From Marsupella aquatica (lineage: Eukaryota > Plantae > Marchantiophyta): 64,000 bases of DNA. The DNA lies in NCBI GenBank assembly GCA_973895155.1, contig OZ316894.1:16350116-16414115 (forward strand), written 5' to 3'. Below, piece by piece: positions 11,234-21,226 of this stretch. A program made the translations under genes and the position numbers. Position 1 is the first letter of the stretch. Every line of letters starts with the position of its first letter. The notes under the pieces were generated by a model. The model searched no databases. It had not been told where the DNA came from and saw only the letters and a program-made list of their open reading frames with translations.

Positions 11234-11696
11234 ACTTTCTCATGAACTTCGCACCGGGGTGCAGCTATAGCCCATGCGACAATCAGTGGTCATCATGAAC
11301 ACGGTATATTGGTCCTAAGTGTGAAGATTTTGAAGATCATTTCTGAGCGGTTCCGACACCAGCAAAAGCACAGCTTTATCCTCTGGTCAATTCAAGTTGT
11401 CTCCAAGAGCATAGAAGAAATCCCTGGGATCTGACACGTATCGAATGTAAGTTGTGGCCCATTGAGTTTTCCTCTTCTGATTGAGCCCAAAGGCACGTTA
11501 GTATACTCCTGAGCCAGCCACTTAGTCTCCAAAATTGTACTGCTTTGCGATTGAGATTTCATCATCATTTGTAATTGAGTGCCAGTGGCTAACAACTCAT
11601 CATCGAAAGTCAATTGCTAGGCTGAAACAAACTGCTCCAGGTACATTTTGACCTTTATCTGGAAAACAGGGATTTTATTTTTCTTTGGCAGAAGAC

Positions 11697-13212
11697 TCAA
11701 GCTGCTGCATTCTGTGCTTGTGCCTTTGCCTTTCGTCTCAACTGCTTCTCGTGGTCATGATAGCAGCCAACGAGTGATACGGGGCTTGAGAGTGACATGC
11801 ACTTTGCCTGATTCTCATTCCCTCCTTGATCAATCAACAAGTTAAAGCCTCCCACCTGCGGATACGCATACCCTGGTTAAGGACCGTACGACATAATTAA
11901 CACTGCAAAAATTCTTGACCCTATGCAATAATTTTTAATTTTCAAGTTTCGAACTCCTAGATAATCTCCTCTCGCATTGAAGAGTATCATTGTCATTCAT
12001 TTCAGCTTTAGCAAATCTTCATTTGAAATTTTGATGACAGCTTGCTTTGTTTCGGTTATGGTGAATTCATCTCTCAAACATTCACAGCAGCACACAGGTA
12101 AGCGAATCTGCATTGGAGGCTGAGGAGGCAATCGATGCTCCATGTCAACCAATGTCAAGCAGTCATTCAACATGCAGTACTTGAGCTCATGATCCGAAGG
12201 AGTGTCAGACGCCAGACTTGGTGATGCATTGACCTTCACAAGCGCCAGTATTTAATGTTTGATGAATAAGGTAGGTCAACTTGATCGCATTATGCTTCAC
12301 GGGAACTGAATATGGATAAACAACCATTGCACTTTGCGATCTGTTTGTTTATGTAGGTAGGGATAGAAGTTTTGATCTACTAGGTCCAATCTAACTCTAT
12401 TCTAATAACACTTGTAGTATACGCTGGCTGATGATCTTGGTTTCCATGCAAAAACTGATTCCATTCAAGTGCTCCTTCACTTTATGAAGACAAGGCTCTA
12501 ACACTCCAGATTGACCTCAATTAGCAAGAGGACCCGGTTGCTGAAGTACTAATTTGGAAAATCGTTTAGATATGTGTTTCAGCTGAACTCTATAATCCCA
12601 AAACACATCTCTAGGTGATGTTTCAAACGAGTGTATTTGCAACCTGGGCACATATATCCTAAGGGATCAGCCAGCGATGTATCCATCAAAACATCATCTA
12701 GAAGTGTGTTCGATTACGATTCTTAAGTTCTACAAGATAGAATATGCTGTTCTTCGGTTAATATGTCACCCACCTGCGCACATTTGTCCCTCATACATGT
12801 ATTTGTAGAGGAGATGTAACCAAATTACGAAACATTATCTAGATATGTGCTTGAGATGCATTCTAGAATTCTCATACACATTTGTAGGTAATCCTATAGT
12901 GAACAGGCCCGACTACCTGATCACATTAAAAAGTCTTGCTAAAATGATAATTGTGGGAATTTTTCATGCAAAATTTCCTGCAAATCTTCGAGTTCTGGAA
13001 CATCACCTCTAGTCGCCATGGTTTTAGTACCCTGTCGACCAGAATGTCGTAGCCATACAGCTCAAAAGAGTGTTTGTCTTGAATTATGACATTTTGCACT
13101 GATAAGAGAGATCGGAGGATAAGCGAACTGATTTCATGGACCAGGGCGTTCACCATGTCCTCTCCAAAATTTGTCATCATATGCATCTTAAGACTATGTA
13201 AGGACCTTCATT
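11697..13212 (-). pseudogene. TTLL9: 5'-truncated tubulin polyglutamylase (TTLL9/TTLL1-like) remnant, last three exons
   Basis: Exons ~13212-13007, 12233-12108 and 11855-11697 encode DKHSFELYGYDILVD..LKPWRLE|VNASPSL...DHELKYCMLNDCLTLVDME...|VGGFNL...VGCYHDHEKQLR*. The donor after 12108 reads AT instead of GT. There is an apparent 2-nt deletion in the KWSL motif near 13205, and no upstream exons were found before the repeat at 13224. Confidence 0.8.
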
Positions 13213-13257
13213 TAAAAATGGTCGGTCAATGCAAGGTCAATGCATGGTCCAAACTAG

Positions 13258-13721
13258 TGTAACAGATATGCCCACTTCATTGTGGTTATGTATATTTGCT
13301 TCCAAGTTTCAACCACCACATGAGGACTATCCAATGCAGGAGAGCAACTATTAGCACTGACCAGCTTATCTTACAGTTAAGCAAATTGATTATTATACTA
13401 TACCTCTCGACTGGATAATGAGGCACCCAAGATAGTGAGTCATGTTCTTTAAATCACACCTGCCCCTATAAAAGTCCCCTTCCCTGCCTAGTTGCTACTC
13501 ATTCTTGTCTTGTGGTGAACAGTGTGCTCACCATAAAAGGTAGAGCAGTCAGCACAAAAGGTGGAGCTCAAATTAATTCTTAGTGAAACTGAACTTGTAA
13601 TCAGAACTAAAGGTAACCTGTAACTTGTATACAACAAGTTGAGGTTTAATTGAATCTAAACACTCTAATACACAATCCCATTTTATCTTTCTCTTTCTAC
13701 CTTTCTTATGGTCTGTTTACA
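13258..13721 (+). mobile_element. Solo-LTR-like element (464 bp; copy B of the inverted repeat)
   Basis: Termini TGTAACAGATATG ... CATGGTCTGTTTACA form an imperfect TG..CA inverted pair, with an internal TATAAAA near 13467. A similar terminus recurs at ~14180-14195 (+), ~3907-3922 (-) and ~14737-14752 (-, downstream of a gag remnant). No TSD seen. Confidence 0.6.
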
Positions 13722-14473
13722 AAATGTGACTTTGGCAGGAAAGCTTTCTGGTCATTTTTATTATGGCGCCATTATTCCTAAACCATGAGACGGGCTTAAC
13801 GGTACCACTGTGCACCTTTTCCATGTCCTGATTATCACTCTCCCCAGAGTTCATACTCCTTGTCAACTCCCAAAGAGTTTGATTCACTTATGCTCCACAA
13901 CACTTCTGCTCAATATCACTTACTATCAACAATGGAACTCACTCACATTGGACTGTTTAATAATTGTATACCAAGAGAGGAGAGCAAGTACTAACTTCAA
14001 TTATTTCCACCTGCACTTTGACTAATGACTGCACTGACCAGCTTGTCATTTAAATCAGCCAATTGACAGTGATTGTATACATCTGGCATTAACAATGGGA
14101 CACCCCAGATTGTGACTGTCTCATGTTCGCATTTTGATTGAACCTTACCACTATAATATCCAATCTTGATCTTTTTTTCTCATGGTCTGTTTACAATATA
14201 TCATAAGGCCAGAGCCTTCCCTGACCGTTCAATTGGTGGTAGTCTGGCCAACCATAAGATGGGCCTATTTTGGGATAGGAGTACCTTCACTCTGGGAAAC
14301 AATTTATATGATAAAATTCCTGATGCATGCATGCAAGGAGTCTTCTGGCGCCACAACACCCAAAGTAAAATCTTACTGCCCATAATGCAAACCATGGGGG
14401 TGTGTGTTCCTTATCTGGGAAACAATCCATATCATAAAAGTTCTGATGCATGCATGTCAGGAGTCATCTGGAC

Positions 14474-14705
14474 CAGTGTTGGGCGGGTATAGGGTTTTCC
14501 TTTTACCAGCCAGGTAAAGGTATAGTGGCATCCCTAGCCGGCAAGGTAAGGTAAGGTATTGGACTGGTATATAAGGTCCCCCCAAAAAATTCAAAATATA
14601 CAGGTATATTAAAAAAACAATTCTCAGATCATAGACCGGGTTTAGGTATAGAGTTTATTGAGAGCTATGCCCGGGTAGTAAGGGTTTAGGTAAGGGTCTA
14701 GAAAA
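14474..14705 (+). mobile_element. Possible hAT-type DNA transposon end fragment
   Basis: Begins CAGTGTTGGGC, followed by many GGTA(A/T)A subterminal-like motifs. The second end was not found. Confidence 0.35.
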
Positions 14706-14736
14706 TTAAGACTCATAATAGCAATTTTTTCAACTT

Positions 14737-15500
14737 TGTGAACAGACCGTGAGAGCCAAGAAGACCGAATTGCTTATTATGGTTGTTACTGTAGATGTTG
14801 GGCCAAGTACAGGATATAGTGTCCACAACAGAGCAGGACACACTTTCATTCTAGATTTATTGATTTTTCAACTATTATCTCGGAGCTGAGATGGAAACAT
14901 TCCCTTGACTTCATTGTCAATGATCTTAATGTAACAGTTGGATTCTGCTTTACGCTTTCCACAATAGCTGCAGCTCCCACTGCAGCCTGTAGCATGACCG
15001 CCACATACATGGCCTCCAAAACCCCTATTGTGGCTGCCACTGTCACTTTGGTGCTAGTAGTTGACCACCAGAGAACACTCTTTTGCGTCGATTCACAATT
15101 TTGACTCATCTCCTCAGTGTGTAGATATTCCTCCAAATGTGCAAAAGTGACTTCCTTGTCTATTGAGTGTGGAACTTTGTAAATAGATTTGAAAGACAAT
15201 CATCTTTCAGGCAAGTTTCTGAGAGTGATCTGGATGAGCTCTTTGTCGACAATTTCCTCTCCTACTCTCCTACACTTCCTAGCTCCATAGCATGGTGATC
15301 AATTTTCTTAAGGTAGTCCTCAACAGAAGTACCCTCATGCCACTTAAGTTCAATTAGAGGATTTGTATTTCTTCTTCAGTGTTGCCCACAGCTTGGTGCT
15401 ACACTTACTAGCTACGTTGGTGATAGATTTTCTTAATGTAGTATTCACGAGAAGCTCCTGCATGCATACATCTTAAACTTGATGAGAGCAGAGGATTCAG
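14737..15500 (-). mobile_element. Degraded Ty1/copia gag fragment plus LTR end
   Basis: Minus-strand translation fragments LWATLKKKY, LKWHEGTSVEDYLKKI and NLPE..SFKSIYK...VTFAHLEEYLHTEE resemble the copia gag2/UBN2 region, with frameshifts. Ends in GGTCTGTTCACA. Confidence 0.65.
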
Positions 15501-15897
15501 ACTTCTTCTTCAGTGTTGCCCACAGCTTAGCCTAGTCACTTCAAAACCAACTCACAATGGGGAAAATTTGAAGAGGTTGCAGTTCTGGCCATCATTACAA
15601 TAGTCTGGTCCTTGGGTTTCTGAAGGTCAGGCTGACTGGTTAGTGGACCACTGCTGGATGATAAAGCTGAACCCATGCCAATAATCTGCTGTGATCTTCT
15701 TGTGGACTGTTGTGGATCACCTCCACTTGTTGTTTCACTGCTGCTCAAACTTCCATGGCCTCCCCATGACTAACTAGAGTGTTGGTGCTGAGCGGCTTTA
15801 CCAATGCCCAATGGTTCGTTACCTCCTTGTGACATCTGGGGAGGTCAGGTCAACAACTTACCACAGATATTTTTCTCTAACAAATTTTAAATACTTT

Positions 15898-16088
15898 GTC
15901 ACTAAAGATGTTCTAATTGACAATATTGCTACTATTTTTTTTGTATTTGTAAAAATGTCGCGGTTTTGTATATGGATGACAAGTTTCCCAAAGTAACTAG
16001 GGGAACCATATACGGAAACAATGGCATTTTTGTAAATATACAACAAAAACTGTGGCAGTATTATAAATTCAAACATCTTTAGTAGCAA
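15898..16088. mobile_element. AT-rich foldback MITE-like element (~190 bp)
   Basis: Inverted ends ACTAAAGATGTT / AACATCTTTAGT with extended arm complementarity. A related copy lies at 48490-48672. Confidence 0.6.
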
Positions 16089-16949
16089 TGCACTTAAAAG
16101 CTGTTTTCTCTAATGAAGTCTCTGCTCAAAATGGAAGGCCCAGACTGTATAGTTCTGGGCTCAAACAAGCTCCAGCAGCCCACATTGGTTGCAGCCACGC
16201 CTTTGGCCGACTCTCCCAAAGAACAATCATGTGAATAGGATTCAGCCAGTGTTCTAGTAGTGTTCTAGTAGTGTTCTGTAGTGTATTTTGTAATGCTTAC
16301 CCACTAGTTCCTCTGTGCTAGTAGCATGACTCACCACGAATGGAATGCAGGTCGGTCCACTGAATTCGACGCTATCATGCATATTTTCAATTCTTCCTCT
16401 CGAAAATCTGTTTGACAGACCAACAGACTCCTACTCGGTGCTCAGAGGAGACTTTTGAAGACTTTCAGCGACTAATTCAGGATCAGGTTGCAATCAACTG
16501 TTTCAATAATTGCTGAACGCATCCACATTCCCTCGTCCTGGGAGGCTCTCACGAGTCCTATGAAGCGAACTGCCACGGCATTCGTGATGTTAAAGCTGCC
16601 ACAAATTCCCGGATTAGATTGCGTGGCAGAAGCCAGTGTCCTATTTCTATTTCAAACTCGTACGAATGCCTCTCGATGATCATGAAACCTTTTCATCCCA
16701 CAAATTCCCGGATTAAATTGCGCGGCAGAAGCCAGTTCCATCTATTTCAAATTCGTGCGACTGCACTTTCGACAACAGGGAAAACGTAACTCATGAAACC
16801 TTATCATAGTTACAACACATATGCCTAGAGGACTGCGAGAGTGGTATGTGTGCAAGCTGCAAAATTCTCTAGTCTTGCTAGTTCGGTGCCTGTAAACAGA
16901 ACACGCTCAATCCTGTTATAATAGTAACCTGGTCCTCTAGCTCTGCTAT

Positions 16950-17319
16950 CTCAACTGGGTTGTGTCAGTGTCGTGAAATGAGACATGCCGCACCCAACAA
17001 CACATGGAGACCAGAGAGAATACTCTACTAAGAGTAAAGCTCTCGCAACGACATCATGAGTCGTGATGCAACACAAGCCATGAAGAATTTAGACTTCCTA
17101 GTCCTAGTCAATGGAGTGCACAGTAGCTCGATTGCTCAACTGGGTTGTGTCAGTGTCGTGAAATGAGACATGCCGCACCCAACAACACATGGAGACCAGA
17201 GAGAATACTCTACTAAGAGTAAAGCTCTCGCAACGACATCATGAGTCGTGATGCAACACAAGCCATGAAGAATTTAGACTTCCTAGTCCTAGTCAATGGA
17301 GTGCACAGTAGCTCGATTG
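16950..17319. repeat. Perfect tandem duplication, 2 x 185 bp
   Basis: 16950-17134 equals 17135-17319 (CTCAACTGGGTT...GCTCGATTG); no mismatch seen. Confidence 0.93.
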
Positions 17320-17630
17320 AACATATAGTCTAAGCTTGGAACTCCACTCGGCAATAGTCACACTGATCAAGAAAATGAAATTCAGGCAATTCCACAGCCG
17401 CAAGCGTCGACTCCAAGTTTGCTGCCACCGGTTCGATAACCAAAACCTACAGGAAGATCTCTCATTTGTCCCACGAGCACTTGTTGCATACCATCGACAG
17501 TATGGAGTGAGGGGTTGCGGCTATTCAGAACAAATGGAAAGTCCCTAAACTAGACAACATCAGAGGTTGACAAACTAATTACGAGATACAAAATTCAGAG
17601 ACAGAACGCCTAGACTAACTCAAGCGTCCA

Positions 17631-19100
17631 TCAAGCCTCGACGTCTCTTGTTTCGGCGACTTTTGAGGGTCTTTCTGAGGATTTAGGAGAACTTTCAGGA
17701 GTTCTGGGTTCGGTAGTTATATTGCCTTTACGAGATTCGTCTTCAAGGGCGTCACCTTTATGGGCATCGCCTTTATGAGCTTCAACGGTTGCCGTGAACT
17801 CGGATGCCACGAGCCCATCCTTGAGTCTGGCAGCATATGTGGTAAGGCCACTCCTTCCTTCAGCTGCACTGTTAACGCAAGCAAACGTTATGCCCCTGTT
17901 ATCCATTTTAGATAGCTTCATGTCCGGGAATAGGCTTGCATTGAGCAAGAGGCGGTAATTCCCTTTCGATCGCATGACAAGACGAGGCCTTTTGTCCTTT
18001 TCCTCGGACACATTTAACTTAAGCTCTCCTTTTCCGCGTTCTTTCCATCCCCCATCCAGAAATTCGAAGAGAGCAGCATCGGCAGTGAAAATAGCCTTCT
18101 CCTTCTCCTCTCCTGTTTCCACCTGGATCTCTTGCAGCGATACAACAGCAGGTTTGGGTGCCGCTGCCGCAGAAGAGGGTAATGAGGAGCCAAACGAAGG
18201 CTGACCTCTCCCGTTGCTCATGCCAAACACACTGGAAACAGATGGAAATGCTCCTTGAGTGCCTGCTTTTGAACCAAAGGGAGACTGAGATTGACCGAAT
18301 CCAAAAGTTAGGGCCGAGCCAGAGCTCTGAGAGCCAAATGTGAAAGGTTGACCGAATGCAAATCCAGACGAAACATGAGATAATGAAGAATTGTTGCCAG
18401 TGGAAGGGCTCGAAGAAAAGGAGGTGCCAAACGATCCAGCAAAAGCGTTCTTCGCCGTGGACAACTGTTCGAAAGTTACCGAGCTAGTCTCAGTCCCACT
18501 AGGACCAACAGAAGATTCAGTGCTTCTCGTCTTCACTTCCTGGTCTCCATTTTGGTTTGCATTGGCGACAGTCTTGGCCTCGTCTATCACATCTTGTCTC
18601 TTCTCGGCTGATGCATCACCTACGACGTCCCGATCGCTCGCGTGGGACACCCCGGAATTGGTCTCCACCTCCTCTGCCTTCCCAGTTTCTATGCTTTCGA
18701 GTTCAGCACCATCTCCTGTAACGACTTCATCCTTCTGTTTCTGATTGTCAACGGATGTTGCCTCTACGTGAGCACCGTCACCCGTTTCTGCATCTCTAAC
18801 AACCGGCTCGAAGGGACTAAACGTAGGACGAGGGTCCAAGGATGATACTTGCGGCGGAACAGGTATCGTAGGGGGAACAAGACGAATGCCGGAGAAAGGA
18901 TTAGGAGCAGATGGAGCTGTAGGCGTACGGCGAACTTTCACTATTCTTCTTTCTGCCAAAACCTGCTCGCTAGCCCTCCGAAATGTTCCAGGAACAGATG
19001 CACCATCTTCCTCCTCAGAATCGGGACCGTCTTCCTTGCTTATTTGCCGCAGCGCAACGCGCTTCTTGCTGGGCGGCGGTTCCTCCCTACTCGACGCCAT
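17631..19100 (-). CDS. NUP50: Nuclear pore complex protein NUP50-like (NUP50 N-terminal motif, FG repeats, RanBP1 domain), intronless CDS
   Basis: 489-aa ORF with KKRVALRQISKED...FRRASEQVLAERRIVKVRR..NPFSGI, an FG-rich middle, and a C-terminal RanBD VETGEEKEK...LFEF..GWKERGKGELKLN...RLVMR..GNYRLLLNA. Confidence 0.93.
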   Translation of the reverse strand: MASSREEPPPSKKRVALRQISKEDGPDSEEEDGASVPGTFRRASEQVLAERRIVKVRRTPTAPSAPNPFSGIRLVPPTIPVPPQVSSLDPRPTFSPFEPVVRDAETGDGAHVEATSVDNQKQKDEVVTGDGAELESIETGKAEEVETNSGVSHASDRDVVGDASAEKRQDVIDEAKTVANANQNGDQEVKTRSTESSVGPSGTETSSVTFEQLSTAKNAFAGSFGTSFSSSPSTGNNSSLSHVSSGFAFGQPFTFGSQSSGSALTFGFGQSQSPFGSKAGTQGAFPSVSSVFGMSNGRGQPSFGSSLPSSAAAAPKPAVVSLQEIQVETGEEKEKAIFTADAALFEFLDGGWKERGKGELKLNVSEEKDKRPRLVMRSKGNYRLLLNASLFPDMKLSKMDNRGITFACVNSAAEGRSGLTTYAARLKDGLVASEFTATVEAHKGDAHKGDALEDESRKGNITTEPRTPESSPKSSERPSKVAETRDVEA

Positions 19101-20342
19101 TTAGCGAAAACTTAATCGAATTCAAAATCTCATCGGCTTCAACTTCCCCCGCTGCCAATCATGGACCGCTACCTCCTGCAGCCGTGCATCATTCACAAAA
19201 TTTTAATGCCTAGGGTAACATGGTACGACTGCTCAACATGTGGCCTCGCCTATGCTGCAAATAAGGGATTTGTTGACTAAAACAAAAACCGGTCGGACTT
19301 ACAGTAGTAGAGAGATTTAAGGTGACAGTCCTCCTCCCCTCCTATTGCCAACTGCAAATATGCTAAACTCGAGGCAATCCTGACGAACGTCCACGTGGGA
19401 TGCGGCTCTTCACACTAGAGTCCACCTGAATGGCACAAGATGGAGAAAATAAAACACAAACTTACTTGGTCGAAAAGCAAACAAATTCTTCCGGGAGACA
19501 ACATGCATGTTCAACACAAAAGCACGCAGTTCCACCCTCACGAAAGATAAACCTTAAAACATGGACGAGAACAACCGCACGCAAAACAACCTTGCGAGAC
19601 CCATCCCTCCTCCGCCAATTCGCAAGTCTACCCGTCCATCATGCATCGACTCATCCCATACGACACAACACCCTACAGACCAACCGAACACCGTGCCGCC
19701 AAGGCACACAACCCAAGGACGCGATGAGAAGGAAGATCTGACACAAGCGGAAACGACAGGAAACGAGAGGAGACACCAGAGGAAGATCAGATCCCAACGC
19801 CGAGGTTCGGCATCATTCAAATCAACGCAACACCGAGAGAACCCTTCGAAAGAAGGTAAGGATGCAGTGCGCGCAAAAGGAACGCAGGAAACAAACGGAC
19901 GGATGGAAGGAAGGAAGGACGCGGAAATAGATAACCGTGAAAAGGTGCACAAACAGACTCGGACACAGAGAGAGACAGAGACAGAAAGTAGGTTACTCAG
20001 TCACATCCCAACCCACGCATACACACACGCACGCACCATAGTTTTCAATCAACAGCTCCACGCCCAGTCCGTCGGAGTAGTAGTAGTAGCAGTAGTAGCA
20101 CCACTCCTATTCGCGATCATTCCTTCCCGCAGCCTAATCAACAGCAACGCCTCCTCTCCTCCGACGTTTCACGTCTCCTCCCCAAGCGAAAGAAAGTAGG
20201 TTTCCTTCGCTCCTCCGAGTGCTTCGATCCGTGCTTCTACGTCGTCCGTTCCAACATGGAGAATCCACATCAGTTAGCCGCGACCGACACACAGAGCGCG
20301 AGCGAAGCGAATCATCAATCCATCGCAAACGGTGTGTCGTCG

Positions 20343-20458
20343 CTCCCTCTCCCTCTCCTCTCCTCTCCCTCTCCTCTCCCTCTCCTCGTGTCTCGTCTCG
20401 TCTCCTCTCCTCTCCTCTCCTCTCCTCTCCTCTCCTCGTCTAGGCTAGTAGTCTAGTC
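20343..20458. repeat. Pyrimidine pentanucleotide microsatellite (CCTCT/CGTCT)n upstream of NUP50
   Basis: Directly visible. Confidence 0.85.
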
Positions 20459-20579
20459 TGCGCCTCTGCTTCCTTCCTTCCGTTCCGCGAGTGCGGTCTC
20501 CCCGCCAACGTCCTGCGGAACGGCGGGAGCGGGAGCGAGATTAATAACAATAGCGGCGGGGGCATTCTTCCTGGAGGTG

Positions 20580-20865
20580 CGCTTGGGAGCACAAACACCG
20601 ATTTATCTGGAGTGTTTGGAAGAGAAACACTGATATATCGTGAGGACAGGGCACACAAATACTGATATATCAGGAGTGCCGGGGAAGACTAAGTACCCGA
20701 TATGTCGGGAGTGCTTGGGACGGCGAACACAAACGCCGATTTGTCGTGTGTTTTTTGTGATAAACACTGATATATCTGGAGTGCAGAGAAGAGAAATACT
20801 GATATATCGCGAGTGCTTGGGAACGGCGAAGACAAACACCGATATATCGTGAGTGCTGGGCACTT
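20580..20865. repeat. Array of 8 degenerate ~31-40-bp units with core AAACACYGATATATCNNGAGTG
   Basis: Cores start near 20593, 20625, 20656, 20691, 20731, 20762, 20794 and 20834. The palindromic GATATATC centre is degenerate in some units; linkers are short and variable. Confidence 0.8.
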
Positions 20866-20923
20866 AGCGACGGGGCTGTCTTATTTGGCTACGAAAAAAT
20901 AACGATGGTCCCATGAAGTCGCT

Positions 20924-21226
20924 GAACTCGGGCGTAAATCCTGTCAGGAGAAGAGGTTACCGGTGTGTAACCATTTATACAGGGGCCTGCTATAGTCATA
21001 ATCTGGTGTCCTGAAAAGTTGAGTCGGTAACCTCTTTCCGGGCAGGAGTTACGTACGCTAATGCAGGGCAGGGCTGGGGTTATAGGCTGTAACCTGCTCC
21101 AGGAATATTCAAAGAAGCTTACCGGCTGCCGCCGGTCAGTTTCTTTTCATATTCGGATGCAGGGTTACAGCCTAGTAACCCTGCGCCCAGACCTGCATTA
21201 CCCTATACGTAAAGCGTACCGAGTTC
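20924..21226. other. Branched double-hairpin (foldback) element
   Basis: Outer stem GAACTCGG/CCGAGTTC. Hairpin 1 spans ~20933-21053. Hairpin 2 spans ~21049-21212 and closes on ACCGGC-TGCC-GCCGGT. Confidence 0.65.

Noticed and set aside
3876-13752. Definite Pack-MULE with long TIRs
   Set aside because: No 8-11-bp TSD at the outer ends, and the repeat has LTR-like termini. Kept only as an alternative hypothesis.
17974-19213. Several + strand ORFs
   Set aside because: Antisense shadows of the NUP50 CDS.
19430-20199. ORFs of 103-212 aa on both strands
   Set aside because: They overlap the probable CT-rich NUP50 leader and intron; the composition reflects low complexity and no domain is recognisable.
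20580-20865. CRISPR array
   Set aside because: The repeats are degenerate, the linkers are only ~10-15 bp and partly similar, there are no cas genes, and the context is eukaryotic.
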